DNA from: Callorhinchus milii
Lineage: Eukaryota
Assembly (NCBI RefSeq): GCF_018977255.1
Contig: NW_024704742.1
Coordinates: 66,838,001-66,902,000, forward strand
Direction: 5' to 3'
DNA length: 64,000 nt
Within the stretch, counting starts at the first letter, position 1. Each line of letters begins with the position of its first letter. Shown here piece after piece: positions 14,261 through 25,219 of this stretch. The notes beneath the pieces are model-generated. The model saw nothing but the letters and a program-made list of their open reading frames with translations, did not search any database and was not told the DNA's origin. A program made the position numbers and the translations under genes.

Positions 14261-15843
14261 AGCAGGGCCAATAGAAAATTGCGGGGGGTTGATTGGTGCT
14301 ATTGAGATCTATTTTACTGCCAACCTACAAATTTTCACTTTATTGATAAAGACTAAACATGAAGAAAGAACACATATTAGATTGTTAGAAAGAAAAAAAT
14401 TATTAGTGCTTTCTTTAACAAAAAGTGGGTGGCCACTCAGGAGTGGGGAGGGGTGGGGGAGAAACACTTCTACCCTGGCAAACACCAACATTTCTCACCA
14501 AACTCACCAGAGTCACCACCTCTTGCCACCACTGTACAATATATTCTGTGAAGCACTTTGAGACATCTCAACAACGTGATAAGACGCTTTATCAAATACA
14601 AGGATTATGTGCTTTGAGACATCCTCAATGTGAAAGGTGTGTGTATATATATATGTATAAAATGGTTGTTGTACCTTCTAACCTATATAGGGGTACCTCC
14701 AGCCCACCAGTTCACATTGCATGAAGGGTCCGGCCTTAACCGTAACCTACCTTTCTCCTTCAGAAGTTTATTGACCTGCTGCACATTGCAAAACAGTTTG
14801 GGCTCAACAAAAAACACAGCACTAAATCTTGCAGGAAATATTTCTTGCCAGTTCTCCTCTAGATGGCTGCATCTTGCCCTGACACACAACACAAACTCCC
14901 CCTAGTGGAGGACCTTGGGCTCTCATTTCACCAGAGTTGCAAGAATTATTTTTTTCCCCCCTCATTTTTCACTGCAAACACAGAACTAAGATATTCCATA
15001 GCATTCAATCTGTCAAACTGAACTAACACTTGCAGTGAGGAGGAACTGAGTTGTTAGTCAATAGGCGGATCGCTTCCCGGGGGCAATAATCGCTCAAAAA
15101 AAAGTGGTCACTCAATTTACGACTGTTTGTGGGATACTGCTGCGTGCAATTGGCTGCTACACTTTGCCCACAAATACAAACTCAACTTGCTTTACAATAA
15201 TATTCTATACAATATGAAGCACAAAATTAAAATTTAAGACAGAGTTGTGGAAACTCCTTAAAACTCTGCCCAAGTGTGAAGTTAGAAGTCTTTCTTTTAA
15301 AAAAAACAAGTAAACAACTTTCAATTAAAGACCATAATTTAACAATTTGTTAACAACAACTTGCATTTATATGGCACCTTTCACAGTTCAGCATCTCACA
15401 GTGCTTATACTTGCATAATAATCCTTGCATTTGATACAACACCATTCATGTCGGGAAGACTCCTCAAAACACTTCACAGGAGTTCCTGCAAAGTGCAGTG
15501 ACTGTGGATTTTATTAACAATTCCGTCAAATCTTACATTTTAAGAGGAAAAAGTCTTACAGAATAAAGTAGGTGGAATTTAGGCCTCAGATCCCAGCAAA
15601 ACCACGCAGCAGTCACTGACATAATGAGAAATACCAATAATATTTTCAATGTAAACTTTAGTGGAAAGTGCACATTAATCTCAACAATCCATAATTGTCT
15701 GCGGTGCAATCTTGTGGATGCATTTAATAAGTCGATTTAAAAAAAGTTTTAAAACTTTCCAGGAATCTTTTCAAGCAAGTTATTTGCTTCACTCTGCTTA
15801 AACATGCAGAAGCAATCCAACTCATGGATGTAGAGTTACTCAC

Positions 15844-15972
15844 CACTTTTCTATTCCTATTCTTGTAACTGATGTTCATCTCCTCGTGCTTCTTCACTGC
15901 TGTCTCCATTGCATTTTTTAAATCAATAGCTTGCTTCAAGCGAACATCGTGAACACCAGCCTTGGTGAATAT
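15844..15972 (-). CDS. UVSSA: UVSSA internal exon ([43 protein letters not shown])
   Basis: ttttgcatcag| acceptor and GTG|gtgagt donor; 129 nt, phase 0/0; resembles human UVSSA segment RFTRVG...LKRAIDLK (from recall). Confidence 0.9.
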
Positions 15973-17244
15973 CTGATGCAAAATTAAGAATTAATAATAA
16001 TATTATCCTTGCATTTGATAAAGCACCTCAAAAGTCGTCAAGACGTCAAACATGCTTCATAGGATATACTGTAAAGTGGGTTGACTGGGTATTTTATAGA
16101 CGAATATGCCAGCAAATCTGCGTACAGCAATATGCTACAGACAGCCAAAGAAGTAAATTACAAATTTTATATGAGAGATTGTTGACTAAGCAACCGGGAG
16201 AAACTCCCTTCTCAAATAGTGCCATGGGATCTTTATAGGGACGCAGAGCCTGGGGTTAAATACTCATCTAAAGAACAGCACTCCCAACAATGGAGCCCAC
16301 ACCCAGCACCGCATTGGAATGTCAGCCTTGTCTATTTGAGCTCAAAGTTCAACACAGGACTTAAAACTCTGACTCCGAGGCGGGAATGCTTCCGACTAAG
16401 CCTGGATGACGTCCAAGTCTTCTGAAAGCTCTATTTTAATAACAAGTAAATACAATGCGATCCGGAAATTAATTACTGAAATTAGAATTTGTTATAAAAA
16501 AATCACGATTACTAAGTGATGACGACAAACTTTGAAGTCCTGACTATAAAGTCCTTCTACATTCCATCTCAGTGTATATCTGCTTTTACACAATAGGAGA
16601 AGCATTAACTGTAGCAAAGCCACACATTTATACAGAACTATATAATGGACTGATGCTTCCACTGTACTTGAAAATGGTGAATAGACACAGTCTCAAAGGC
16701 TAAACCCGTCTTCTGTTGTAGTGAATGGAGAGGAGCTATCCTTTACTGTGGTTCAATCAGCTCTTTTGGAGAAATATTTATCTGGGAGTAAAATACAATC
16801 TGCAGTCCCCAGAGAAAGGTCACTCTCAAATATACACGTCAGCATTAAGACATGTGCATCTTGTGTGTACTTTGTCTATTTTAAAAGCACCTAACCTGTT
16901 AATAACCATATCAGTCATTATTTGCATACTATTTTGCAATTTCTTTTCAATTCCTGACTTGGGTACTTGCCTGTCCTTGATCTCAATAAAGATGGATGTG
17001 AAGTTTTTAATAATTTCAAAACAATAATTTCATTGTTCCCCCAACCCCAGCTGCCGATGATTATGTTTAAGTGGATCCGTACTTTATTTCGTCCTCTCTT
17101 TACTCCCTATATTTGAAAATTTATCCAAGATGTTAGCACTTTTACTTTGAGTTTCTCATGTCTGTTTTTTTTTAAATCTGTTCTTTTTTGTAGCCTGCTT
17201 TGGTTTTCAATAACAACTGCATGATACTATCCTGTAGTAAGTGT

Positions 17245-17530
17245 GGAGTTCTGTAGCGTGTTGGTTAAAGAACTCGCCTCACAAGCCAGAGGACCCAGGT
17301 TTGATCCTCAGCAGGGAGAAACCTTAGGCAAGTTTCCTTACTCCACATGCCTTTATTTACTCAGCAGTAAGTAGGAACCCAGTTGTTAGTCAATTCAGGT
17401 AATAATCCCTTCAAAAAAAAAATAAAAAAAAAAATGTGGTCACTCACTCCATGGGGGATACTGCTGTGTGCAATTGGCTACCGGTTTCACAATGACTTGA
17501 TATAAATGCAAGGATTATTAATATTACTAT
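17245..17530 (+). mobile_element. Older-subfamily SINE with internal deletion
   Basis: Degenerate tRNA head, ccttaggcaagtttccttactccacatgcc segment and SINE tail. Confidence 0.8.
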
Positions 17531-18710
17531 TAAATCCACAAGCACAGTAAGCCCTATATAAACACCACAGCATTTGGTGATCAAGTCAAAACACAAATCA
17601 GATATGGAACTGACATTTTATAATTCTGAAACTGGAAGCAATAATAATACTTAATTTACAATCTTACAAGGAAGCCACTTCAAAGTATACTGGATTCTTT
17701 AGGGACAACCCTGTATCCTTTTAAGTTTTAGCAAAATATAATCAGGGCTAATAGATCTATACACACAAATAAAATATTGAATTTACTCCACAAAACTCTA
17801 TATTAATAGGCCAAATAAACAAGATTGTTGGTTAGGGGACTTGACAAAACAGATTACCATAAAACTAAAAGTTATTAAGTGACATGAAAAATAAACAGAA
17901 CTAACTACTGGTGGGAGTCACAAATCCTCTGATTTGGGGCCATATGGCAAGTTCTTTGAAATTCAATATTGAAAGTACCCTTTTCAGTTTGCGTCAACCT
18001 TCTCCATGTAGATCCCCAAAACTTAATATTATACAACTCGATTCTGATCATGAGGGCTGATCACTAAATGATGACGGAAGCTGATCAATCCAGTAGTCAA
18101 TTCATTTTAAATCTTGATTCTAAATAGGAGCACTCATGGAAGGGGAAGAAAACACCAGGCTGCTCATAGAAGAACCTTGCACTTTACCTCTGAAAACCTG
18201 AGGACTCACTCTAACCCAAATGTTCACTGGGGAGGTAGCATAAACTCATCATTAAAGAAGAAAGCTATTTACCATTGTTTCTGCAATAGAAAATAGATAT
18301 TTATTTGCATCAAAATGAAAAAAATCCATTGCCATTGTAATAAAGTTTATTAAACCTGAAAATCTATTTTAAAAATGTGGTATGAAAACAAAACATCTTC
18401 GAGACGTCTTAAAGCACTTCACAGAATATACTGTAAAGTGAATTGACTGTATTTTTGTGGGTGAAACGCAGCAGCCAATTGCGTGCAGCAGTGGATTGAG
18501 TGACCAAATTATTAACTTTTTTTTATAAATTGGTCTACAATAGGCCAGTATACACAATTAAATCAGTGTTAACAGATGTTTTCTGTCACTAGAGGCCTCT
18601 ACAAAAGTTCAAATAAATATTCTGGATAAGACGCTACATACTTTTAAAAAATTTACCACAGAGAAACTTCCATCTCTTTTTGAAAGGTGCTATGAGATGG
18701 TTAACCTCGA

Positions 18711-18740
18711 NNNNNNNNNNNNNNNNNNNNNNNNNNNNNN
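18711..18740. other. Assembly gap (30 N); true size unknown. A single N also occurs at 13123
   Basis: Run of n characters. Confidence 1.
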
Positions 18741-18869
18741 TCCTATTCTCCCGTGGATGCTTTATACGAGCCTACCCTAGCACTGTGTAGCTTCGGTAGG
18801 GTGCGATTTAGAAACAATCCAGGAAGGGACTATTTTTTGAACAGAAGGAAAATATGTTTGTTTACTTAC

Positions 18870-18963
18870 CAAAGTATCTATCCTTTAGTCTTCCAAACCC
18901 AATATTAAGCAGTTTCCTAAAGAACTCAAGTAATAAAATCATCTGGACTCCAAGTTCTCATGG
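18870..18963 (-). other. Candidate 94-nt non-coding (5' UTR-type) exon on the minus strand
   Basis: cctcctacag| acceptor and TTG|gtaagt consensus donor in unique sequence; all three frames contain stops. Confidence 0.3.
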
Positions 18964-21538
18964 CTGTAGGAGGATTTGGGTCACACACCAAAAAAAAAAA
19001 GGTTGATTTTAGCACGGGAGCTCCACATCAACCTTCTGCAGATATGCCCAAGCCCCCAGCTTTATACTGGTGCTCAATTATCCGTGCGAGCTGGTGCTCA
19101 ATTATCACAAAAGTTAAAACCAGCCCTTGTTAGCTCCCTTAACATAGGTTGATCATCAATGACCATAAAAGGTAGTGACAGGGTTTATCCTCCTATCATA
19201 CTGTCATTTATTGGGCTATTTTCATACAGATAATCTTCCAGTGCGTTTTAATGCGTTTTCCATTTATTAAGATCAGACAAATGTGTCTATAGTTGACAGA
19301 TGTAACGTTTACAACTCTGAATAAAACATCCACATTTACTTGTTTCCAGTCTATTGGTTGAAATTCTGGTGGACAAGTATTGAAATAATTATTGTCATTT
19401 AGTTTTTGTTTTCCCGCCCAAATCAGTTACATTCACATCGTCCGTAGAACCATCTAGCAATCGGTAATTGGTGCAGCCGATCACAGCCTGGCAAGCTCAA
19501 ACCCATTCAAAACAATTACTTGCATTTATATAATAGCCTTCATGCAGGATAGCACCTTGGAGTGTTTTGGAGAAAGGTTTGCATAGTTAGTAGCCCAATC
19601 GAGGGAAGAGGGGAAATGACTGTAGATATGATCGAAGAGAAGGGTCTTTAAGGTAGTTAGGGAAGTCAACAATGTCAACAATTTCAAAGTGCTGTTTTTG
19701 ATGAGATGAGCTGACGTTGACTGTAAAGCAGGTAAGCTGATCTCGACCCAAAGACAATTTTCTTAAAAATGGCTTGCACAAACACTTGTCAGCTATAAAT
19801 CAGCATTGATCTTTACTGGTGAACCAGGGTGAGGATCGGGAATAGGAGCAGTTCGGGAGGCGATAGGGGCAAGGGTGTCGAGTGTGGTGGAGAGGGTGCT
19901 GTGGAGGAGATAAATGCAGAGGATGGTTGGTGCAGGAGGTGAGCTGGAGTGAGGAGTTCAGAGGACTCCAGGGCATCGAGAGGGATTGCGGGGAGATCTT
20001 CTTCCAGGGTGGTAGGAGATGGTGGTACGTTTGGAGGCAGTGGGAGAGGGATATAGGAGTTGAGGGAGATGAAATAGTGGTTCGGGCCCAATCTCAGGTG
20101 AAGAAGGTGACCAAAGGCGCAGTCAAAAAGAAAGGTCTTCAGCTGAGACCTGAAAATAGGAAGAGAGGTGGCGAGAATAATAATAGGAGATGAGAACAAT
20201 TCATTCCATCAAGTGAACCATGGCATAAAAATTATGTATCTGACATAACTATTTGATTGTGCTTTAATTGCTTTAATCAAAATTGGTCATTCACCACCTG
20301 GCTCTTTGTCAGACATGGTTTGTGCACATATTGGCTGCTGAGTTTGCCTACAAATACGCAGTCACTGCACTTAATTACTGTAAAACACTTTTTCTACAAT
20401 TTGACATTATACATGTTAAATCAAACGCAGGGATTATTTTTATTATTATTGGTGCTCACCATTACATCCTCAACATTTCGAGACATGCTTTATGTGAAAG
20501 GCATTATACCTTTCACAGGATGCTATAATGCAATGTATACTGTCTACTTTTTCATTGAAAGGTGCGTGCCAGCTCAGGAGGTATTTCTGTTTTTAGGTGA
20601 GAACAGGCTTCGATAGTAGCGGGATCTGGGCATCATTTTGGGATCTTTTCCATTGCCTCAACATAAGCCTTAACCATTTCATGATAGATGTCTTCCAACG
20701 ACCAAAAATTTGGAGATTCAATTGGGAATAAAGTATGTTAATCCTAACTAATAGATAATATTAATCCTTACAAATGGTCTAGCAACTTTAATGTCGGGAG
20801 GACATCCCAAAGCGCTTTGCAGAATATACTGTAAAGTCACTGTTTTGTAGGAGACAATTTTACGCAAAGCAATGTCCCAGACAACCATAGAGTGAATAAA
20901 GTAGATGTTCTTTTAATGAGTGGGTGTCTTTGTATGAAGAATCAAAGAAAAATAGAAATATGGAGAGAATGTGATTTTCAGTGTCGTAATTAGAAGGGTG
21001 ATTATTATTACATTGGCAGATATTCTGCTCCTGGAAATATCCCAGTGGATTAGCTCATTAGGTAAACTCCCCCTCTTCCCTGCCCTGATTTTGTGAAAAT
21101 GTTGGACCCAAAACTGCTTGCTGTTGTGTTTTAAACTAGCTATCCCACGTAGATTAGCTATTTTTCCCATGCCAGTCTTTGGGATCTTGCTGCTGTAAAT
21201 GACGGACATGTTTGCTTGTGAAAAAAACAGTCACTACGCTTGACAGCAATTACCTGTGAAGTGCTTTCAGACGTTTCATGATTGAATATAATTTACATTT
21301 ATGAAGGATGTTTTGATGTGATAAGGCACTCATTTTGGTAACAAAAATTGCAATGCAATTGCAAAATGACTTGAAAATACATTTGAATAGGGACTTGAAG
21401 GGTTATTACAAAGTGCCTACCAAAAATAAACAGGAATTTACAATGATATTTTAAGGATGCCAACAGTAAGTAGACTTTTGTTACCAAGTAATCTCGGGGC
21501 CCAATTTCAAGTTAATGCTTCATTCCATTTCTTTGTAG

Positions 21539-22206
21539 GTGACACTGGATCAAATTGCAGCTGCAATAGAAATGCCTGCGCTATTTTCTACAACAGTTCC
21601 CATTATATGTACCCGTTCAACATTGAGTTCCACGTCTTTGCATCTGCCATGTTTTACGTTATGTGGAAGAACTTTGGGGCGTTCCCTGGAAGAGCACAGA
21701 GCTCTGAAGGTTACCTTTAGGACCTACAGTCTAATGGCAGGTCCAGTTCTGGGAGCTGCAGTGTTGGCAGCCACAATAATAATAATAATAATCCTTGCAT
21801 TTGATATAGCGCTTTTCACGTCGGGAGGACGTCCCAAAGCGCTTCACAGAACACACTGTAAAGTGAATTGACTGTATAGGGGATTCTCATTGGTGTACAG
21901 CTCACAGTGGGACATTCAACAGCTATGCTTTATCTATACGGTATCACGGTGCTTTGGCTTAATGTCTGCAGCAGCTGCAGCCGGTCTGGTCAATTATAGA
22001 GTTGACAAAACATCTCTGGATTATTGCAAAAACCCCACCAGGAAGCTGATGGCAATCTGCTGGTGCGCACAGCAATGTGCTCTTGGTTTATGTCCTGGTG
22101 TTCCATCGTGGCTGCTGTTTGTGGGGAAACACAGTCCCCTCACACGAGGCTGAACTTGTCATTATCTGTCCTGGTCATCACTGAGAAATACCTACAGCAT
22201 CTGTTC
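21539..22206 (+). pseudogene. Otopetrin-1-like (proton channel) large exon, disabled by at least 3 frameshifts, a SINE insertion and 3' truncation
   Basis: Begins at a ctttgtag| acceptor. Frame-hopping translation gives NCSCNRNACAIFYNSSHYMYPFNIEFHVFASAMFYVMWKNFG / RSLEEHRALKVTFRTYSLMAGPVLGAAVLAATI / [SINE] / ...AMLYLYGITVLWL / MSAAAAAGLVNYRVDKTSLDYCKNPTRKL / DGNLLVRTAMCSWFMSWCSIVAAVCGETQSPHTRLNLSLSVLVITEKYLQHLF. This is collinear with OTOP1 motifs YLYPFNIEY, LYVLWKNIG, KNPARKLD and EKYIQNLF. Confidence 0.92.
21775..21878 (-). mobile_element. 5'-truncated young SINE inserted in the otopetrin-like exon
   Basis: By eye it matches the tail of the copy at 43312-43533 base for base, and it interrupts the coding homology. 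Confidence 0.93.
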
Positions 22207-22623
22207 ACACGTCGATCAAAATCCCAGGCGGGGGCGGGGCGGGGGCGGGGGCGAGAGTGGGGGCATTTGCTGCGCTGAATCTTCCGATTGGTCAGAATGT
22301 ACATCGATCAATATTGAGGGCGGCGCATGGGCGGGACGAAGAGCCTATTGTCTTATTGTCCCGTGGCTCCACGCGGCCCGGGGGTGGGAGGGGGGAGTTG
22401 AAGGGTGGAACTTCCGCTCTACTAAGCAGGTTGGGTTGGTCAGTGTATACGTCTATCAGCAGTGCGCGCGGGTGATTGGCTGTTTGGGAGAGCGAGGGGG
22501 AGGGGGCGAGGATGACGGCAGCTTCACGTCAGGTGTGTTGTGCTGCGCTCTCCCCCGTGACGTCAGGCTGACCAGCAAAACGAAGGGGGAAAGCGGAGCC
22601 ACAGCAGAGGAAATCATTACTTT

Positions 22624-23095
22624 TATATACATATTATATATATATATACACACACACACACGAAACTCTGGCCCCGTAAACTTTCTGTTAAATTAACTCG
22701 TTTCTTTCTCCGCGCCCGGGGGGGAGGAGGAAGAGGAGGAAGAAGAAGAAGATGAACTGTCGTCTCGCGCTCCACTCGGTTTTCGTATTTTTTAAAAAAA
22801 AGTCGGTTTGACTTCGACGAAGTTGATTGACGAACGGGGACAAACTTTTTGCCTTTGAATAAACCCCATCCGATTCCCCTCCTCTCTGACACACACACAC
22901 ACACACACATTCTCCCTTTCTCTCTCATTTTTTTTCACTAACACTCCCTCTCCTCTCTCTCTCTCTCTCTCACACACCCCCTTTTTTTCTCTGATTTTCT
23001 CTCACGCTTTTTTTCTCACTCTCGCAAACATCCTCTTCCTCTCTCCCTCTCTCTCTCTCCCTCCGTCTCTGTCTGTCTTGTCTGTCTGTCGCCCT
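22624..23095. repeat. Microsatellite cluster: (TA)n(CA)n ~22624-22661, (GGA/GAA)n ~22722-22752, (CA)n ~22888-22909, (CT)n ~22950-22970 and ~23035-23060
   Basis: Directly visible simple repeats between the promoter core and the MAEA ATG. Confidence 0.9.
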
Positions 23096-23149
23096 CACGT
23101 CCGGTCTGGTCTACCCATGTTGCCTCGGAGTATTGATAGTTGAGATAAG

Positions 23150-23217
23150 ATGGCGGTGCAGGAGTCCGCTGCTCAGCTCTCGATGGCGTTAAAGGTGCAG
23201 GAATACCCACTCTGAAG
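23150..23217 (+). CDS. MAEA: MAEA coding exon 1 (MAVQESAAQLSMALKVQEYP[T]LK); 68 nt as written, one C short of an open frame
   Basis: Manual translation from ATG 23150 gives the MAEA N-terminus. Donor is AAG|gtacgg at 23217/23218. The sequence reads TAC CC ACT CTG AAG where TAC CCN ACT CTG AAG is needed. Confidence 0.95.
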
Positions 23218-24506
23218 GTACGGCTGTTGGTGAACCCCGAGGCCGCCGCGCCTGTCCGTGTCCCCCCCTCCCCCCCCCCACCCCCCACCCCCATCCTCGG
23301 CTGCTTCACCCATTTTCTGAGCAGAAAGAAGGGCTGCTATTTTTGAGTGAAAACACGACCTTTTTTAGTCGCTGACTGAGGGGAGGGGGGAAAAAAAAAA
23401 GAGGCCGTTTCAACCTCTTTTGCAGCTATTTTTCCGAGGCAAATCGTTTGTGTCACCGCCCCCACCCAGTGCCGAATTCAAGGTGAAACCAAACCGCGCG
23501 GTGGTTGGTTTTCTCTCTTTTATGTAAAACGGTAATCGATGTATTCTGTGTGTGGCTGTTCGGGAGGGGGAGGATGGCGAGAATGCCACGGTGCTGCTTG
23601 CGATTAATGTTCAATACAAAATGTCACATTCACTTGTCAGGTTTTTTTTTCCCCCCTTTGTGAGGTTCGGCAAACTGAGAGCAACTGTGGTCCTTGTGAG
23701 CGACCCGGAAATTGTAAACAAAAATGTTCAGACTGTCATTATACTGAGAAGAAGCTCAAAAGAACATTGGGGGAGGAGAGAAAGTAGGGGAATGGGAAGA
23801 CAGTAACAGGCTTCAGTGGGGCAGCTGCGATGGGCAGAATGGCCTCTTTTTGTGTTGTCAACTTTCTATGATTCGTGTAAAGTTGGGACCCATTACAGAA
23901 GTATAAAACCAAATGAGAGTATCTTATTTCGTAAACACTACTATTTAATGTTCTGCTATTTTATGCTGCGGCCTACACTGCAATGGGAGTCAGATTCCTA
24001 TTAAATTAATTGGTTTGTCTAAACAAAGCAGCAATGTTTCGGGTTTGTATTCTCCTCTCCCCCTCCCCTGAGGTGGTTTGTGATTAAATAGTACAGTAAT
24101 GTGTTAGAAAAGGTTGACTTTTAAAATCTATTCTCCTCTGCAACATGCTTATGGGTTATTTTAGTCTGAATCAAATATTGACAAGTTGCTATATGATGCT
24201 TTTTCTTGCAGCCTGGCTGGACATTCACTGTTGTAAATAAACTGTTGGATTAGAACATTTTAGTTACATCATTGATGAGTCAGTGTTTTTCTGGAAATTG
24301 TTGACATTTCAGAAAGTCAGCCTTTCTCTTCCCAAACAAATAGTCAGTGATTTATTTTCCTATGTGAAAATACAAAAACATTCTTTCATTTAAAGATTCA
24401 GTTTTTCAGTGAGAGAACCATTTTTAACCAAAGAAATATGAATCCAAATAATATCATTGATTGTTTCAGCATTTTGCAACCAAACAATTTTAACCTTTGT
24501 TTGTAG

Positions 24507-24689
24507 GTACCTTATGAAACTTTGAACAAGCGCTTTCGAGCCGCTCAGAAAAATATTGACCGAGAAACAAGTCATGTGACCATGGTAGTTGCAGAACTAG
24601 AGAAAACCTTGAGCAACTGCCCAGCTGTGGATTCTGTAGTGACCTTGCTGGATGGAGTGGTGGAGAAACTCAGCGCCTTAAAGAGAAAG
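24507..24689 (+). CDS. MAEA: MAEA coding exon 2 ([61 protein letters not shown])
   Basis: ttgtag| acceptor and AAG|gtacaa donor; 183 nt, phase 0/0; peptide recognisable as MAEA. Confidence 0.97.
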
Positions 24690-25219
24690 GTACAATACAT
24701 GTTCTATGTTATGGTTCGTAACAAACATCAAATGACCCTGGAACAATCTGTTTCACAATATTGTCAGTCTTAATTTATAATATTAAATGCTTTGTAATGT
24801 AAGTACTGCATGTTAACTTTTTAAAAATACTTTTGCTTATCTTTGTTTTGTTTTAGTTTGTTTCACTGATTATTATTCACCAAATCTGCCATTAGTTACT
24901 TGTTGTAGACAGTAAATATATCCGGGTTCACTTTGAGGTAATCTTCATATCACAATAACTGGAAAACTATTCACTGGTGAGAGCAGTTACTAGTGCCTGC
25001 CTTTCCGATTCCTTTGAGATGCACACTCCTTGGTGGGACGCATCCTGCTCACCTAACCCTGGAGAGTATCTGCACAGGTTGGCGAGAGTCAAAGCTTTGG
25101 GACTGCAGAATGTGTGTTTGCTGACTGGCAAACGTTGTGCTACTTGTCCTGCTGGGACAATCGTATCTTCTTGGGCTTTGACTTGAAAATCTCAAGTAGC
25201 AGAGACAACCTAATTAATT

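Larger units (their letters stand above)
22225..23300. promoter_or_regulatory. CpG/GC-rich promoter and 5' UTR region of MAEA (possibly bidirectional)
   Basis: Tandem GC boxes 22227-22252; ATTGG (reverse CCAAT) at 22287 and 22475; ETS-like ACTTCCGC at 22410; full CRE TGACGTCA 22558-22565; YY1-type AAGATGGCGG 23147-23156 over the start codon; CpG retained against a CpG-poor background. Confidence 0.8.

Noticed and set aside
18273..18280. Possible 8-nt micro-exon AAACAATG on the minus strand (ttgcag|...|gtaaat), whose ATG would be in frame with the next UVSSA exon
   Set aside because: Too short to distinguish from chance, the donor is weak, and there is no homology support.
20597..20720. Possible decayed upstream otopetrin exon (…IILGSF…DRCLPTTKN vs OTOP1 VILGCL…ECLSATEG)
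   Set aside because: Only a few matching residues, altered spacing and three stops; not supportable without a profile search.
18741..22225. CTBP1 first coding exon, expected upstream of MAEA from mammalian synteny
   Set aside because: No recognisable CTBP1 coding sequence was seen in this interval.
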